Shown here in pieces: positions 6,608 to 16,385 of a DNA stretch of 28,166 nt. Numbering within the stretch: position 1 is the first letter of the stretch; every line of letters starts with the position of its first letter. This DNA comes from a virus. The notes under the pieces were generated by a model. It had not been told where the DNA came from. It ran no database searches and saw only the letters and a program-made list of their open reading frames with translations. The position numbers were made by a program, and so were the translations under genes. The stretch covers positions 1 to 28,166 of IMG/VR virus record IMGVR_UViG_3300045988_089490; one strand, written 5' to 3'.

Positions 6608-7881
6608 TGGCTAAAAGCAGAAGAAAAAGATTTGGTTTGCTAGGAAGTCTATTAGGACTAAATAAGCCAGCACCTAAACAAAATCAATTACATTCAATGT
6701 TTGCAAGCTTAGGTGGATATTCACCAGTGTATTCATCATATGATGGTGGAATATATGAGATTGGACTATGCAGAGCATGTATCAATCGAATTGCGACGTC
6801 ATGTGGGAAGGCTTCACCTGAACTGACAAACAAAGACTACAAATCTAAGATATATAACTATTTGGTTAAGAAAAAGCCAAATCCTTATATGACAGCTAGT
6901 CAATTTTACAAAAGATTGGCAACCATATATTTTGCAGAAAACAATGCTTTCATTATTCCAATTGAAGATGAATATGGAATGATAAAGGGATTGTGGCCTG
7001 CTGTTCCAAGTCAGTGTCAGTTAAAAGAAATCAATGGTGTAGTTTATATTTATTTTAATTTCATCTATGGCGAAACAAAATTGATTGAATACGGTAAAGT
7101 AGGGCATTTAAGACAAATGCAGTATAAAAATGATTACTTTGGTGATACGAATGATGCATTTGATACAACAGCTAAATTGATGCTTGCTCAGGAAGAAGGA
7201 GCAATCAATGCGATCAAGTCGAGTTCTATTGTTCGATTCTTGGCTAGAATTTCAACACCGATTGATGATGACGAGGATTACAAGGAACAACAGAACATGA
7301 TCTTAAGAAATAACCTGAACAAAAATGAAACAGGTGTATTCCTTGTTGATAATCGTTTTGATGAAGTAAAACCTATTGAAAGTAAACCACTATTAGTGGA
7401 TGCCAAGCAGAAGCAAGCAATTGAAAATAGTGTATACAGCTATTTTGGAATTAGTGAAGCTATTTTACAAAATAAATATAAACCTGATGAATGGAATGCA
7501 TTTTATGAATCAATTATCGAACCATTCTTTATTGAAGTTGGAGAAGTGTTGAGTGGAATGTTATATTCCGTAAATCAGATTATGAATGGTAGTGAAATCA
7601 TTCTTACAAGTGATCGTTTACAGTATGATTCAACACAAACAAAATTAAATGTTGCGACTCAAATGTTCGATAGAGGAATGATTGATACAAACGGGGCATT
7701 AAATATTATGAACAAAGCGCCTTTACCAGATGATGAAGGTAAGAAACGTTTTATTCGAGGTGAATATATCCAGGTAACTAAATCAAATCAAGGAGGAATT
7801 AGTTACAATGGCGAAACCGAACCACAGCAAAATCCAAATGCGCTCGATCCCGTTCCAAATGAACCCGGTGACGGAAAATAA
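6607..7881 (+). CDS. Portal protein (HK97 family)
   Basis: 424 aa with a GTG start after AAGGAAGG. It lies between TerL and the prohead protease. Length and composition are typical of Phage_portal family members. Confidence 0.85.
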   Translation: MAKSRRKRFGLLGSLLGLNKPAPKQNQLHSMFASLGGYSPVYSSYDGGIYEIGLCRACINRIATSCGKASPELTNKDYKSKIYNYLVKKKPNPYMTASQFYKRLATIYFAENNAFIIPIEDEYGMIKGLWPAVPSQCQLKEINGVVYIYFNFIYGETKLIEYGKVGHLRQMQYKNDYFGDTNDAFDTTAKLMLAQEEGAINAIKSSSIVRFLARISTPIDDDEDYKEQQNMILRNNLNKNETGVFLVDNRFDEVKPIESKPLLVDAKQKQAIENSVYSYFGISEAILQNKYKPDEWNAFYESIIEPFFIEVGEVLSGMLYSVNQIMNGSEIILTSDRLQYDSTQTKLNVATQMFDRGMIDTNGALNIMNKAPLPDDEGKKRFIRGEYIQVTKSNQGGISYNGETEPQQNPNALDPVPNEPGDGK

Positions 7882-8419
7882 ACGGATTGATACTCAGTAC
7901 TATGTTGAAGGATATGCTACTACATTTGAACCTTATGTGCTTTATCGAGATTACGAAGGTAATGATGTATATGAGTTGATTGAGCGTTCAAGTTTGGATA
8001 ACGCTGATATGAGTGATATCATCTTCCAATTTGATCATGGAGGAATGGTATATGCACGTACAAGCAATGGTTCACTTATTGTTGAAGTAGATGAACATGG
8101 ATTGTTTGTTGCAGCAGATTTAGGAAGAACAGAAGCTGCAAAACGTTTGTACGACAGTATTCAGGCAGGAATGGTGACTCAGATGTCATGGAGGTACATG
8201 GTGGACGAGGAATCATATAATAGGGATACAAAGACGTGGACAACACGTAAAGTATCAAAAATTTATGATGTTTCAGCAGTGTCGATTCCTGCAAATGATC
8301 AAACATCTATTGAAGCAAGGGCAAAGTCTTTAATGGATGAAGACCGGGTTAAAAAAGAAAATGAAAAGAAACGAGAAAGACTGAGTTTGTTGTTGCAGAT
8401 TAAGGAGGCTATTAATTAA
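7808..8419 (+). CDS. Prohead maturation protease (HK97 family, S78/U35)
   Basis: GYATTFEPYVL...FQFDHGGMVYARTSNGSL.V..D..GL matches the HK97 prohead protease pattern. An AAGGAGG SD lies at 7790-7796. The gene overlaps the portal 3' end by 74 nt. Confidence 0.85.
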   Translation: MAKPNHSKIQMRSIPFQMNPVTENKRIDTQYYVEGYATTFEPYVLYRDYEGNDVYELIERSSLDNADMSDIIFQFDHGGMVYARTSNGSLIVEVDEHGLFVAADLGRTEAAKRLYDSIQAGMVTQMSWRYMVDEESYNRDTKTWTTRKVSKIYDVSAVSIPANDQTSIEARAKSLMDEDRVKKENEKKRERLSLLLQIKEAIN

Positions 8420-9735
8420 TGTTTACAGAGCAACAACTAGCAGCATTCAATGCAATGAATCACGAACAGATTCAAAAAAGATTTAAAGAAATTCAAGATG
8501 AGGTCAACAAAAACGATCCTAATACAAACTTGGAAATGTTACAGGCTGAATTTGATATCTTGCAAAAACGTGACAAAGAGTTACAAGGCAAGGTAGCACA
8601 ACGTAAAGCGTTTTTAGATACTATGGCAAAATCTATTGTAGATGAAGAAGGTGCTTTTGTTACACAACAGGAACAAGCTCGTAGCAAAGCACATCCATCA
8701 ATGCCTACACAATTGTCAGAACGTAAAAAAGGAATGGAAGACGATATGGAGTATCGTAGTGCATTCATGGAATTCGTTCAAAAAGGAAAACAGTCAGAAA
8801 TCTTAAGACAACGTAGTGCAGAAGCAGGTGTGGCAGCTGATCTAGGTATTTTAATTCCTGAAACAATTGTTCAGAAAGTAATGACTGAATTAAGTAAATC
8901 ACGTGGTTACTTATACAATGCAGTATTACATACAAATTTCCGTGGCGGTGTTAAATATCCTATCGGTTCATTTAAAGCTACTTTTAAACGTATTACAGAA
9001 ACAACAGTATCTGATCGTCAAAAGGCCGGTTCTGTTACAGAATTTGTACAATTTGGATATTTGATTGGTGAAATTCGTTTAGCACGTACATTACTACAAA
9101 CTGTATTGACTGTAAATGCATTTGAAACTGAATTAGCAAAAGTTATTGTAGAAGCTTATTTGGAAGCTATGGATCGTGAAATTTTAACAGGTAACTCTGC
9201 AAATAATGAATGTGAAGGTATTTTAACAGAAGCTAATAAAGTAAGTGGAGGACGTATTAAAGCCGATCACATTATTGAATTTACGGAAGCAGAAATGAAA
9301 GATTGGAAATCATGGCAAACAAAATTGTTCGCAAAGATTCCTTTATCAATGCGTAAATTAAAACCAGAGTTTGTAATGACTCCTGCTACATATGAAGCAA
9401 ACATTAAAACGTTGGCCGACGATAATAATCGTCCTGTTTATGCAGAAACATATAATCCTATTGATGGTGCAGAACGCGCTACATTCAAAGCTAGAACTGT
9501 TAATTTCGTTGAAAATGATACGTTCAAAGATTTTGATGAAGCACAAAACGGTGAATACTTCGGAATGTATTGGGTAGGTAAAGAAGCCTATGCAATCAAC
9601 TCAAATATGCAGTTTGGTGTGAAGAAGTACTGGGATTATGAAAAGAATGAGGAAGTAACTCAGGCGTTAGTTATCAATGATGGTAAAGTATTAGATCCTC
9701 AATACATCTTCTTGTTAAAAAAAAAAGTAGCTTAA
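8419..9735 (+). CDS. Major capsid protein (HK97 fold) with an N-terminal coiled-coil delta/scaffold domain
   Basis: 438 aa, directly after the protease gene with an ATG overlapping its stop. The N-terminus is helical and charged, and the C-terminal body is typical of the Phage_capsid family. Confidence 0.88.
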   Translation: MFTEQQLAAFNAMNHEQIQKRFKEIQDEVNKNDPNTNLEMLQAEFDILQKRDKELQGKVAQRKAFLDTMAKSIVDEEGAFVTQQEQARSKAHPSMPTQLSERKKGMEDDMEYRSAFMEFVQKGKQSEILRQRSAEAGVAADLGILIPETIVQKVMTELSKSRGYLYNAVLHTNFRGGVKYPIGSFKATFKRITETTVSDRQKAGSVTEFVQFGYLIGEIRLARTLLQTVLTVNAFETELAKVIVEAYLEAMDREILTGNSANNECEGILTEANKVSGGRIKADHIIEFTEAEMKDWKSWQTKLFAKIPLSMRKLKPEFVMTPATYEANIKTLADDNNRPVYAETYNPIDGAERATFKARTVNFVENDTFKDFDEAQNGEYFGMYWVGKEAYAINSNMQFGVKKYWDYEKNEEVTQALVINDGKVLDPQYIFLLKKKVA

Positions 9736-9860
9736 GCAATGGAGATGTTACAAAAGATGAAAGCCAAACAGGAACACAATCGTTACCTGATGATGAACCT
9801 ATTGTATTAGATGATGAGCCTAAGAAAGCCACTCGAAAAAACAGTGCGAAGAAAGCTTAG
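9717..9860 (+). CDS. Start-less -1 frame extension of the capsid gene (possible frameshift product tail)
   Basis: The -1 frame is open from the A10 run (9717-9726) to TAG 9858-9860. It encodes KKKSSLSNGDVTKDESQTGTQSLPDDEPIVLDDEPKKATRKNSAKKA and has no in-frame start codon or SD. Confidence 0.4.
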   Translation, partial: KKKSSLSNGDVTKDESQTGTQSLPDDEPIVLDDEPKKATRKNSAKKA

Positions 9861-9870
9861 GTGATAGATA

Positions 9871-10173
9871 ATGGCGTTCAATATTTCTGAAAGCCTTCTA
9901 GAACGTGTTAGAACTGCTGCTACAAGAGCTAAATCACATGTTTATGATGATGAAATCAAAACATATATCAATGCATGTTTATATGATTTGGATAGATTAA
10001 ATATCTTATTTGATGAAGATGATTTAGAAGATGAAATTGTAGTAGCGGTAATAACATATGTAAAGTCAAAATTTGGTACAACGGATGCTTCATATAAAGA
10101 ATCAATGGCTAAAACATATGAGGATTTACGTCAGATTCTTATGACAGATAAATCCCATAAGAAGGTGAGATAG
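9871..10173 (+). CDS. Head-tail connector protein (gp6-like)
   Basis: 100-aa ORF first after the capsid gene. Size, position and helical character are typical of gp6-like connectors. Confidence 0.6.
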   Translation: MAFNISESLLERVRTAATRAKSHVYDDEIKTYINACLYDLDRLNILFDEDDLEDEIVVAVITYVKSKFGTTDASYKESMAKTYEDLRQILMTDKSHKKVR

Positions 10174-10174
10174 T

Positions 10175-10510
10175 ATGGCATATGAATATACTCGTGAGAA
10201 TAATCTTTATTACGATGTGGCATATCTAATTGAAAAAGAAAGATATGTGGATGCAGATGGTGTGGAACATGTTAATGAAACGGAGAAGGAAGTATTCTGT
10301 CGTGTTGGTGGAATTTATTCAAAAGAATTTAATGAAGCCTACCAGGCAGGCATACAGCTAGCGTATAAGCTTGTTATTCCTACTATTGATTACAATGATG
10401 AAACGACAGTGAAATACAACGACAAAAAGTATGCGGTGTATCGTACATTCCCATCCGGAGATACGATTGAACTATATGTTCAACAGGATGCTGGAGAATG
10501 GAAACAGTAA
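10175..10510 (+). CDS. Head closure / head-tail adaptor protein
   Basis: 111 aa, second gene after the capsid gene. It ends in the typical ..KYNDKKYAVYRTFPSGDTIELYVQ pattern. Confidence 0.55.
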   Translation: MAYEYTRENNLYYDVAYLIEKERYVDADGVEHVNETEKEVFCRVGGIYSKEFNEAYQAGIQLAYKLVIPTIDYNDETTVKYNDKKYAVYRTFPSGDTIELYVQQDAGEWKQ

Positions 10511-10842
10511 CAGTAAGACAACAAATCGTTGCTAAATTCACTGAACTTTTAGGTGAAGGACAATTTGTATATGGCAGTTTCAAATCAAAACCCCATACCC
10601 CCTATGGGAATTATGCATTGGATTATACAAATAATTACTTTGCGGACAATAGAACGTATTGTAAGATTGGAACTTACATATATAGATTGGTGACTGATCA
10701 AAAAGATTTTGAATTAGAAGCTAAAATCGAAGACATGTTTGATGAATTAGAAATACCATACCAAACCATCACAGATGAAGATATAACAACTCAAAAAGTA
10801 CACTGTACAGAATGGACGGTGACATTAGTTGGCCGTCAATGA
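10498..10842 (+). CDS. Head-tail joining / tail completion protein (hypothetical)
   Basis: 114-aa ORF overlapping the previous gene by 13 nt. The call rests only on synteny. Confidence 0.45.
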   Translation: METVTVRQQIVAKFTELLGEGQFVYGSFKSKPHTPYGNYALDYTNNYFADNRTYCKIGTYIYRLVTDQKDFELEAKIEDMFDELEIPYQTITDEDITTQKVHCTEWTVTLVGRQ

Positions 10843-11239
10843 TGTATATTGCGATATGTCGCAGCTTGGGCCTGAAATCAGAAAGATGATTCAAGAATAT
10901 AAAGAGCATTCTTTGGCGCAGATTGATAGAGCAGTAGAAGAAACTACAAAAGATTCTAAAGACATTGTTAAAGCTAAGGCCAATGTAGACCATAGAAATA
11001 CGCGCAGAAAGGGAAAATATAAAAGGTCTATAACATATAAGATAGAACGTGAATTAGCTCATACACGCGGTGTTATTTATGCGAGTGGTCACGAATACTC
11101 ATTAACTCATTTACTAGAAAACGGACATAATTTATGGAATTCTCCTAGACGTACACGTGCATTCGAGCACTGGAAGGATGGAGAAACAAACGCAATCAAG
11201 GAACTGCCAAGTTTAATCGAAAAATATTTGAAAGGATAA
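10829..11239 (+). CDS. HK97 gp10-like tail-component protein
   Basis: It sits immediately before the major tail gene. The pattern RRKGKYKRSITYKIE...GVIYASGHEY is gp10-like. The start is ambiguous between TTG 10829 and ATG 10856. Confidence 0.5.
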   Translation: MAVNDVYCDMSQLGPEIRKMIQEYKEHSLAQIDRAVEETTKDSKDIVKAKANVDHRNTRRKGKYKRSITYKIERELAHTRGVIYASGHEYSLTHLLENGHNLWNSPRRTRAFEHWKDGETNAIKELPSLIEKYLKG

Positions 11240-11244
11240 AAACT

Positions 11245-11889
11245 ATGGCAGATAAAAACAAAGTACGATTCGGTCTAAAAAATGTACATGTATGTTCTAT
11301 TACAGAAAGTGCAGGATCAATTACATATGGTAAGCCTACTGCATGGAAAGGTGCTAAATCATTAACACTAGATCCAGAAGGAGATACAAATACATATTAT
11401 GCAGATAACACTGCGTATTTTACAACAAATACAAACAATGGATATTCAGGTAGTTTAGAGATGTCTGAAATTCCTGAAGAAATTGAAAAGATGATTTTCA
11501 ATACAGTGACAACAGAAGAAGGTAACTTAGCAGAAGATGCAAACGTATTGCCTAATAATGTTGCGCTAATGTTCCAATTTGAAGGTGATGTAAGTGCTAC
11601 TAAACATATCTTCTATAAGGTTGTATTTGCACGACCAAATGTAGAAGGTGAAACGAAAGAAGAAAGCACTGATCCAAAAACAACATCAATGGATATTACA
11701 GCAGTTCCTGTAGAACAAGGTGATCATCAATGGGTAAAGTCAAAATGTCGTAAAGGTGATACAAATTATGAGAGTTTCTTTACAACTGCTCCAACATTAC
11801 CTAGTCCAAAAGCTAGTGAAGTGAGCCAGGAAGATGGCACACCGGTAGTTGTACAAAGTGATAATGGTAAGGAAGTGAGCACATTATAA
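11245..11889 (+). CDS. Major tail protein (phi13 family)
   Basis: VRFGLKNVHVC.I.....ITYGKPTAWKGAKSLTLDPEGDTNTYYADN is the characteristic N-terminal pattern of phi13-type major tail proteins. The gene sits before the chaperone and tape measure genes. Confidence 0.8.
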   Translation: MADKNKVRFGLKNVHVCSITESAGSITYGKPTAWKGAKSLTLDPEGDTNTYYADNTAYFTTNTNNGYSGSLEMSEIPEEIEKMIFNTVTTEEGNLAEDANVLPNNVALMFQFEGDVSATKHIFYKVVFARPNVEGETKEESTDPKTTSMDITAVPVEQGDHQWVKSKCRKGDTNYESFFTTAPTLPSPKASEVSQEDGTPVVVQSDNGKEVSTL

Positions 11890-11908
11890 GAGGGGCAACC
11901 CCCTCTTT
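11889..11908 (+). terminator. GC-rich hairpin after the major tail gene (partial terminator or mRNA stabiliser)
   Basis: agagggg(11889-11895), loop caac, cccctct(11900-11906). Only a short T tract follows. Confidence 0.4.
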
Positions 11909-11918
11909 GTGAGGTTAT

Positions 11919-12347
11919 ATGGAAATAAAAATTAAAATTGACGGAAAAGAATATGGCGTTCTTTATAAAGGAAAGACAGCGAAAATATATAGAGAATACT
12001 TCAATAGAGATATGTTGGTTGACACTCAGAAAGCACAGATGAAGTTTTCGGAAGCTATCAAAAATAAAGTGGGAACAGATGAAGAAGATGAACCTGCATA
12101 TTATGTATTGTTAGAAGCGAATGGTTCAGAATTCTTTGAACGTGTGTTGTGGGCATGTATCAAAGCATATGATGTTGTTCAAGGAAAAGAAACGGAAGAT
12201 TTTTCAGATTTTATTGATAATGTTGTAGACTATGACACATTCGTCACAGTAGGTATTGTGGTGTTTGAAAAAATCGTTTTTGCGAACAGTCCAACTATCG
12301 ATAGTGAATCAGAAGATGTAGAAGAAAAAAGCAAAAAAAAAGAATAG
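11919..12347 (+). CDS. Tail assembly chaperone (gpG-like)
   Basis: 142-aa acidic protein between the major tail and tape measure genes. It ends in the A9 slippery run. Confidence 0.75.
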   Translation: MEIKIKIDGKEYGVLYKGKTAKIYREYFNRDMLVDTQKAQMKFSEAIKNKVGTDEEDEPAYYVLLEANGSEFFERVLWACIKAYDVVQGKETEDFSDFIDNVVDYDTFVTVGIVVFEKIVFANSPTIDSESEDVEEKSKKKE

Positions 12348-12538
12348 TCAGCTACTCTGATTTGATTATAGGGTGCATGAATTTAGGGCTTAAGATGAAT
12401 GAAATAGATGATATGGACATTGGAATGATGTTTGACTTGATCATAGCTAAAAGCAATATGAGTGCAAGAGCAGACAAACAATTTAGTAACAAAGTACATA
12501 TCCGTAAAGCAATCCAAAGCGACTTTGACAGATTTTAG
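12341..12538 (+). CDS. -1 frame extension giving the gpGT-like chaperone fusion
   Basis: The -1 frame is open from the A9 run (12333-12341) to TAG 12536-12538 and encodes ...NEIDDMDIGMMFDLIIAKSNMSARADKQFSNKVHIRKAIQSDFDRF. No independent SD precedes it. Confidence 0.6.
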   Translation, partial: RIVSYSDLIIGCMNLGLKMNEIDDMDIGMMFDLIIAKSNMSARADKQFSNKVHIRKAIQSDFDRF

Positions 12539-12550
12539 GAGGTACTAAAA

Positions 12551-15500
12551 TTGTCAGGTTATAGTCAAATAAAAGGTATCTCCGTAAAGATTGATGGAGA
12601 TACTACAGGATTTCAGAAAGCGATAAATGAAATCAAAAGAGAAACATCAGGATTAGACCAAACAATGTCTAAACTAAAAGCTTCGATGAAGCTAAATCCG
12701 AATGATTTCTCGTCATTTGCAACATACCAAAATCTATTAAAGGATAAGATTCAGAGCACTTCTAAGCAATTGGATGTCTATAACAAAAAGCTTAAAGAAT
12801 ATCCTAAAACACAACAACAATGGGCAGATCAAGTTAACAAATCAAAAGACACGTTATCGCAATATCAGACTAAATTAAACAGTACTGAATCGGCGATGAG
12901 TGCCTTACAAAAAGAATATAAGACAAATCAAACTCAAATCCAAGCATGGAAAGATGCGATTGGCGATAGTTATCACACTACAGAACAATGTGAAACCGCA
13001 ATTTCCACTCTAACTGCTAGAAATAAAGAACTTTCAGTTTCTATGAAGGCAAATAGTGCTTCACAAAAGGAATACAATGCAAAAATTGCGGAACAAAAGA
13101 AAAATCTTGTTGACTTAGGAAGCACGTATGAGGAATCGCAAAGGACGTTTAATGGTCTAAGAGCTGGTGCAGCAACGTTAAACAATGAACTAAAGAGCTT
13201 AAATAAAAGCTTTATTACAGATAATGAAAATATATTAAAATTATCACATTCATTTGGTGTTGCCAGTCAGAAAGCAAATCAATTTGCAGAAACTATTAAA
13301 CCCTTGTCTGCGTTGTCAGCAGCGGTTATTGTCGGAGCAACAAAAACTGCAATTGATTTTGAAGATGCATGGACTGGTGTTACAAAAACTGTAAATGCAA
13401 CCCCTCAACAGTTTGAAAAAATCAATGCTGGATTAAAAGATCTTGCACAGAATACATCGAGTACATATCAAGATATTGCACATTATGCAGAACTTGCAGG
13501 ACAAATGGGTATCCCTACAGATTCTATTGTTGGATTTACTAAAACTATTACAGAATTGGGTGATACTACAAATCTTGTTGGTGAAGAAGCAGCACAAAGT
13601 ATTGCCAAATTCTCAAACGTAATGGTTTCACAGTCTAAAAAGACGAATACATATTATTCTCGTTTAGGTTCTACAATCGTAGATTTAGGAAATAAATTCT
13701 CTACAACCGAAGCAGATATCATGAATATGGCTACTAGATTAGGTGTTGCAGGTAAAATGGTAGGCTTTAACTCTAATGAAGTATTAGGTTTATCAACTGC
13801 ATTATCTTCATTAGGTATTGAAGCCGCTGCTGGTGGTAGTTCTGTCTCTAAAATGTTAAAGACAATTGATCTATCTGTTTCTACAGGAGATAAGAAACTA
13901 CAAAAGTTTGCAGAAGTGTCTGGTATGACTTCTCAACAATTCCAAAAGGCTTGGGGAGAAGATGCAGCGGGAACATTCTTAAAGTTTGTAGAAGGTATTG
14001 GGAAATCGGCGGATGTTACAAAAACATTGGATGAATTAGGCATTAAGGAAGTACGACAAGCACAGTCAATGGGTGCTTTGGCACAAAGTTCAGATGTATT
14101 GGCTAAAGCATTAAATGTTTCTCAAAATGCATGGCAAGCGAATTCAGCCATGGCAACTGAAGCGGAAAAACGATATGGAACATTAAAATCTCAAATGTCA
14201 CAGACATGGGAAGCAGTTAAACAAGCCGCTGATGAACTAGGCCAGGCATTTACACCTACTCTTACATCTAATTTAAAAATTGTAAAAAAAGCAGCTAATG
14301 CATTCTCTGATTTAGATGAAGGAACACAACAGACAATCGCAAAGATGTTGTTGTTGACGGCAGCCGCTTATCCAACCGCAAAAGGATTAGGAAAAATATT
14401 TAGTGGCGCTCAGAAGTTGACAAATGGATTTGGAAAAGTTTCTTCATGGATTGGAAAAACGGCAAGTGAACTAAACGATTTAAGTGGCCCTGTAGATAAA
14501 ACTGATGGCTTATTGACAAAATTGTTTAAGCGAACTGGTGTTACAACTGAAGCATTAAAAAGTTCAAGTATTGCATTGGGTGGAGTTGGAATAGCTGTTG
14601 GATTGGCAGCTGCTGAAATTGCAGTGTTAGTTCCTATGTTTGAAAAGGCAAATAAAAAAGCTTTAGAAAATGCTGTTAAGAATGATGCAGTAGCGCAAAG
14701 TTATTTAAAAGTTGTAGACAGTGTTAGTTCGTTCAACAAAAAAATTGATGAATATAAAGAAAAATCAGAAGCCATTTTATCTACAAACGAACAGAATATC
14801 AGTCAGTCTAATTCTTTGATGAGAACGATTGAACAATTAAATGGTGTAGAAAACAAAAATGCTATACAGAAACAAATGTTGCAAGAAGCTGTTAATCAAT
14901 TGAATGAAATCTATCCTGATCTCGGTTTAACAATTGATTCAAATACAGGAAAAGTTGCCGACAATACAGGCAAGGTGTTTGAAAACAATCAAGCGTTAGA
15001 AGAATACATTCAAAAAGTTCAAGAAGCTGCTAAACAAGAAGCGTATGCAGAAGCGATTAAAGAACAAACAAAAGCTTTAATTAAGCAACAGATGAAATAT
15101 AGTGAAGTAACAGAGAGTGTTCATGGATTAAATGACAAGATGGATGAATTGAAAGTCAAACAGTCACAAGCATTTAAAGATGGAGACAATGAAAAGGCAT
15201 TAAGGTATCAAACTCAGATTGAGCAGTTGAGAAAGAAAATAGATGAAGCAAACGTTTCTTTAGCAACTATGGCAACTAAAATGCAAGAAACAAATAAAAC
15301 TTTACTAGATCTCAACAACCAGGCAGAAACGGGTGGCTATACAAAAATTGGAGATTCGTTAAAACAATCATTACAAGGTGCTATAGATAAAGCTGGTGAA
15401 GCTGGTATTCAAATTCCTGAAAAGTTAACAAGCGGAATTATGAATGGCACAGAAAGTTATCAAACGGCAAGTAATTTTGTGGCATCTATGATGACATTTC

Positions 15501-16384
15501 AGCAGTTAGTTGATAATGCAAGTGCAGCTGGGCTTAATATTCCACAAGGCATGGCTTACAGTATTATTTCAAATGCAGGCAGTGTATCAGAAGCGAATAC
15601 AATGCTTAATAACCTGATTGAGTTTGAGGAAGCATTAACGAAATCAAATTATGATGGTGAACAAATTCCACAAAAATGTGCAGCAGGTATTGCAGATGGA
15701 ACAATTACTGTTGATCAAGCTATGAAAGCTTTGGCAAAAGGCGGAGTTGACGAATTAGAAAAGGAATTAGATAAAGCTAAAGATAAAGCTTCAAAAAAAT
15801 CCAAAGATACTGGAGATAAGATGGGCGATGGAAAATCCAATGCAAAGGCATCTTCTGGTTCTATGGGAAAATCAGGTGGAAGTGCATTATTGAAAGCTTA
15901 TGAGCCGTATGCGCAAGCAACTATAGATTATGCAAAAAAAGTTGAAAAAGCTATCCATAACGCAAAAGCAGCTGCCAAAGATCCTATTGTTATTACAACT
16001 ATAAAGAAAACTGTACACAAAACTGAAAAACATTCTTTAGATAATTTATCTCGACCTGTTGTTGATTCTGATGTTGCACCTATGAGTGCTGATTCTATTG
16101 CAGCGTTGGCTGATACAAGCGCATATGCAGCGGCTAGTGATGCTACTACATCTATTATGGGTGGTACAGTATCGCGCTCTAATTCTACGGCATACAATTT
16201 AAACTTGGATGGTATTTACAAAAGAATGGACAATTTAACGAGTGCTTTAAATGCAATATTGGATAGCAATATCACAATCAATCTACAACCTATGCAATTG
16301 GATGGAAATGTTGTTACAGATACTGTACAAGAAATTATATCAATTCGAGATATGTTGAAATCATGGGGAAATGGAGGTTCATAG
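12551..16384 (+). CDS. Tail tape measure protein
   Basis: 1277 aa with a TTG start 8 nt after AGGAGG. It is coiled-coil rich, has a TP901-type core (..AIDFEDAWTGVTKTV..) and contains a hydrophobic segment. Confidence 0.9.
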   Translation: MSGYSQIKGISVKIDGDTTGFQKAINEIKRETSGLDQTMSKLKASMKLNPNDFSSFATYQNLLKDKIQSTSKQLDVYNKKLKEYPKTQQQWADQVNKSKDTLSQYQTKLNSTESAMSALQKEYKTNQTQIQAWKDAIGDSYHTTEQCETAISTLTARNKELSVSMKANSASQKEYNAKIAEQKKNLVDLGSTYEESQRTFNGLRAGAATLNNELKSLNKSFITDNENILKLSHSFGVASQKANQFAETIKPLSALSAAVIVGATKTAIDFEDAWTGVTKTVNATPQQFEKINAGLKDLAQNTSSTYQDIAHYAELAGQMGIPTDSIVGFTKTITELGDTTNLVGEEAAQSIAKFSNVMVSQSKKTNTYYSRLGSTIVDLGNKFSTTEADIMNMATRLGVAGKMVGFNSNEVLGLSTALSSLGIEAAAGGSSVSKMLKTIDLSVSTGDKKLQKFAEVSGMTSQQFQKAWGEDAAGTFLKFVEGIGKSADVTKTLDELGIKEVRQAQSMGALAQSSDVLAKALNVSQNAWQANSAMATEAEKRYGTLKSQMSQTWEAVKQAADELGQAFTPTLTSNLKIVKKAANAFSDLDEGTQQTIAKMLLLTAAAYPTAKGLGKIFSGAQKLTNGFGKVSSWIGKTASELNDLSGPVDKTDGLLTKLFKRTGVTTEALKSSSIALGGVGIAVGLAAAEIAVLVPMFEKANKKALENAVKNDAVAQSYLKVVDSVSSFNKKIDEYKEKSEAILSTNEQNISQSNSLMRTIEQLNGVENKNAIQKQMLQEAVNQLNEIYPDLGLTIDSNTGKVADNTGKVFENNQALEEYIQKVQEAAKQEAYAEAIKEQTKALIKQQMKYSEVTESVHGLNDKMDELKVKQSQAFKDGDNEKALRYQTQIEQLRKKIDEANVSLATMATKMQETNKTLLDLNNQAETGGYTKIGDSLKQSLQGAIDKAGEAGIQIPEKLTSGIMNGTESYQTASNFVASMMTFQQLVDNASAAGLNIPQGMAYSIISNAGSVSEANTMLNNLIEFEEALTKSNYDGEQIPQKCAAGIADGTITVDQAMKALAKGGVDELEKELDKAKDKASKKSKDTGDKMGDGKSNAKASSGSMGKSGGSALLKAYEPYAQATIDYAKKVEKAIHNAKAAAKDPIVITTIKKTVHKTEKHSLDNLSRPVVDSDVAPMSADSIAALADTSAYAAASDATTSIMGGTVSRSNSTAYNLNLDGIYKRMDNLTSALNAILDSNITINLQPMQLDGNVVTDTVQEIISIRDMLKSWGNGGS

Positions 16385-16385
16385 A

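Noticed and set aside
9739-9810. 23-aa ATG ORF (MEMLQKMKAK...) in the capsid-connector gap
   Set aside because: It has no SD, is very short, and is in a different frame from the longer start-less open frame that is better explained as a -1 extension of the capsid gene.
12333-12341. Homopolymer A runs as phase-variation tracts
   Set aside because: In this AT-rich phage, the A9 and A10 runs sit exactly at the 3' ends of the chaperone and capsid genes. Translational slippage explains the downstream open frames there, and nothing indicates length variation.
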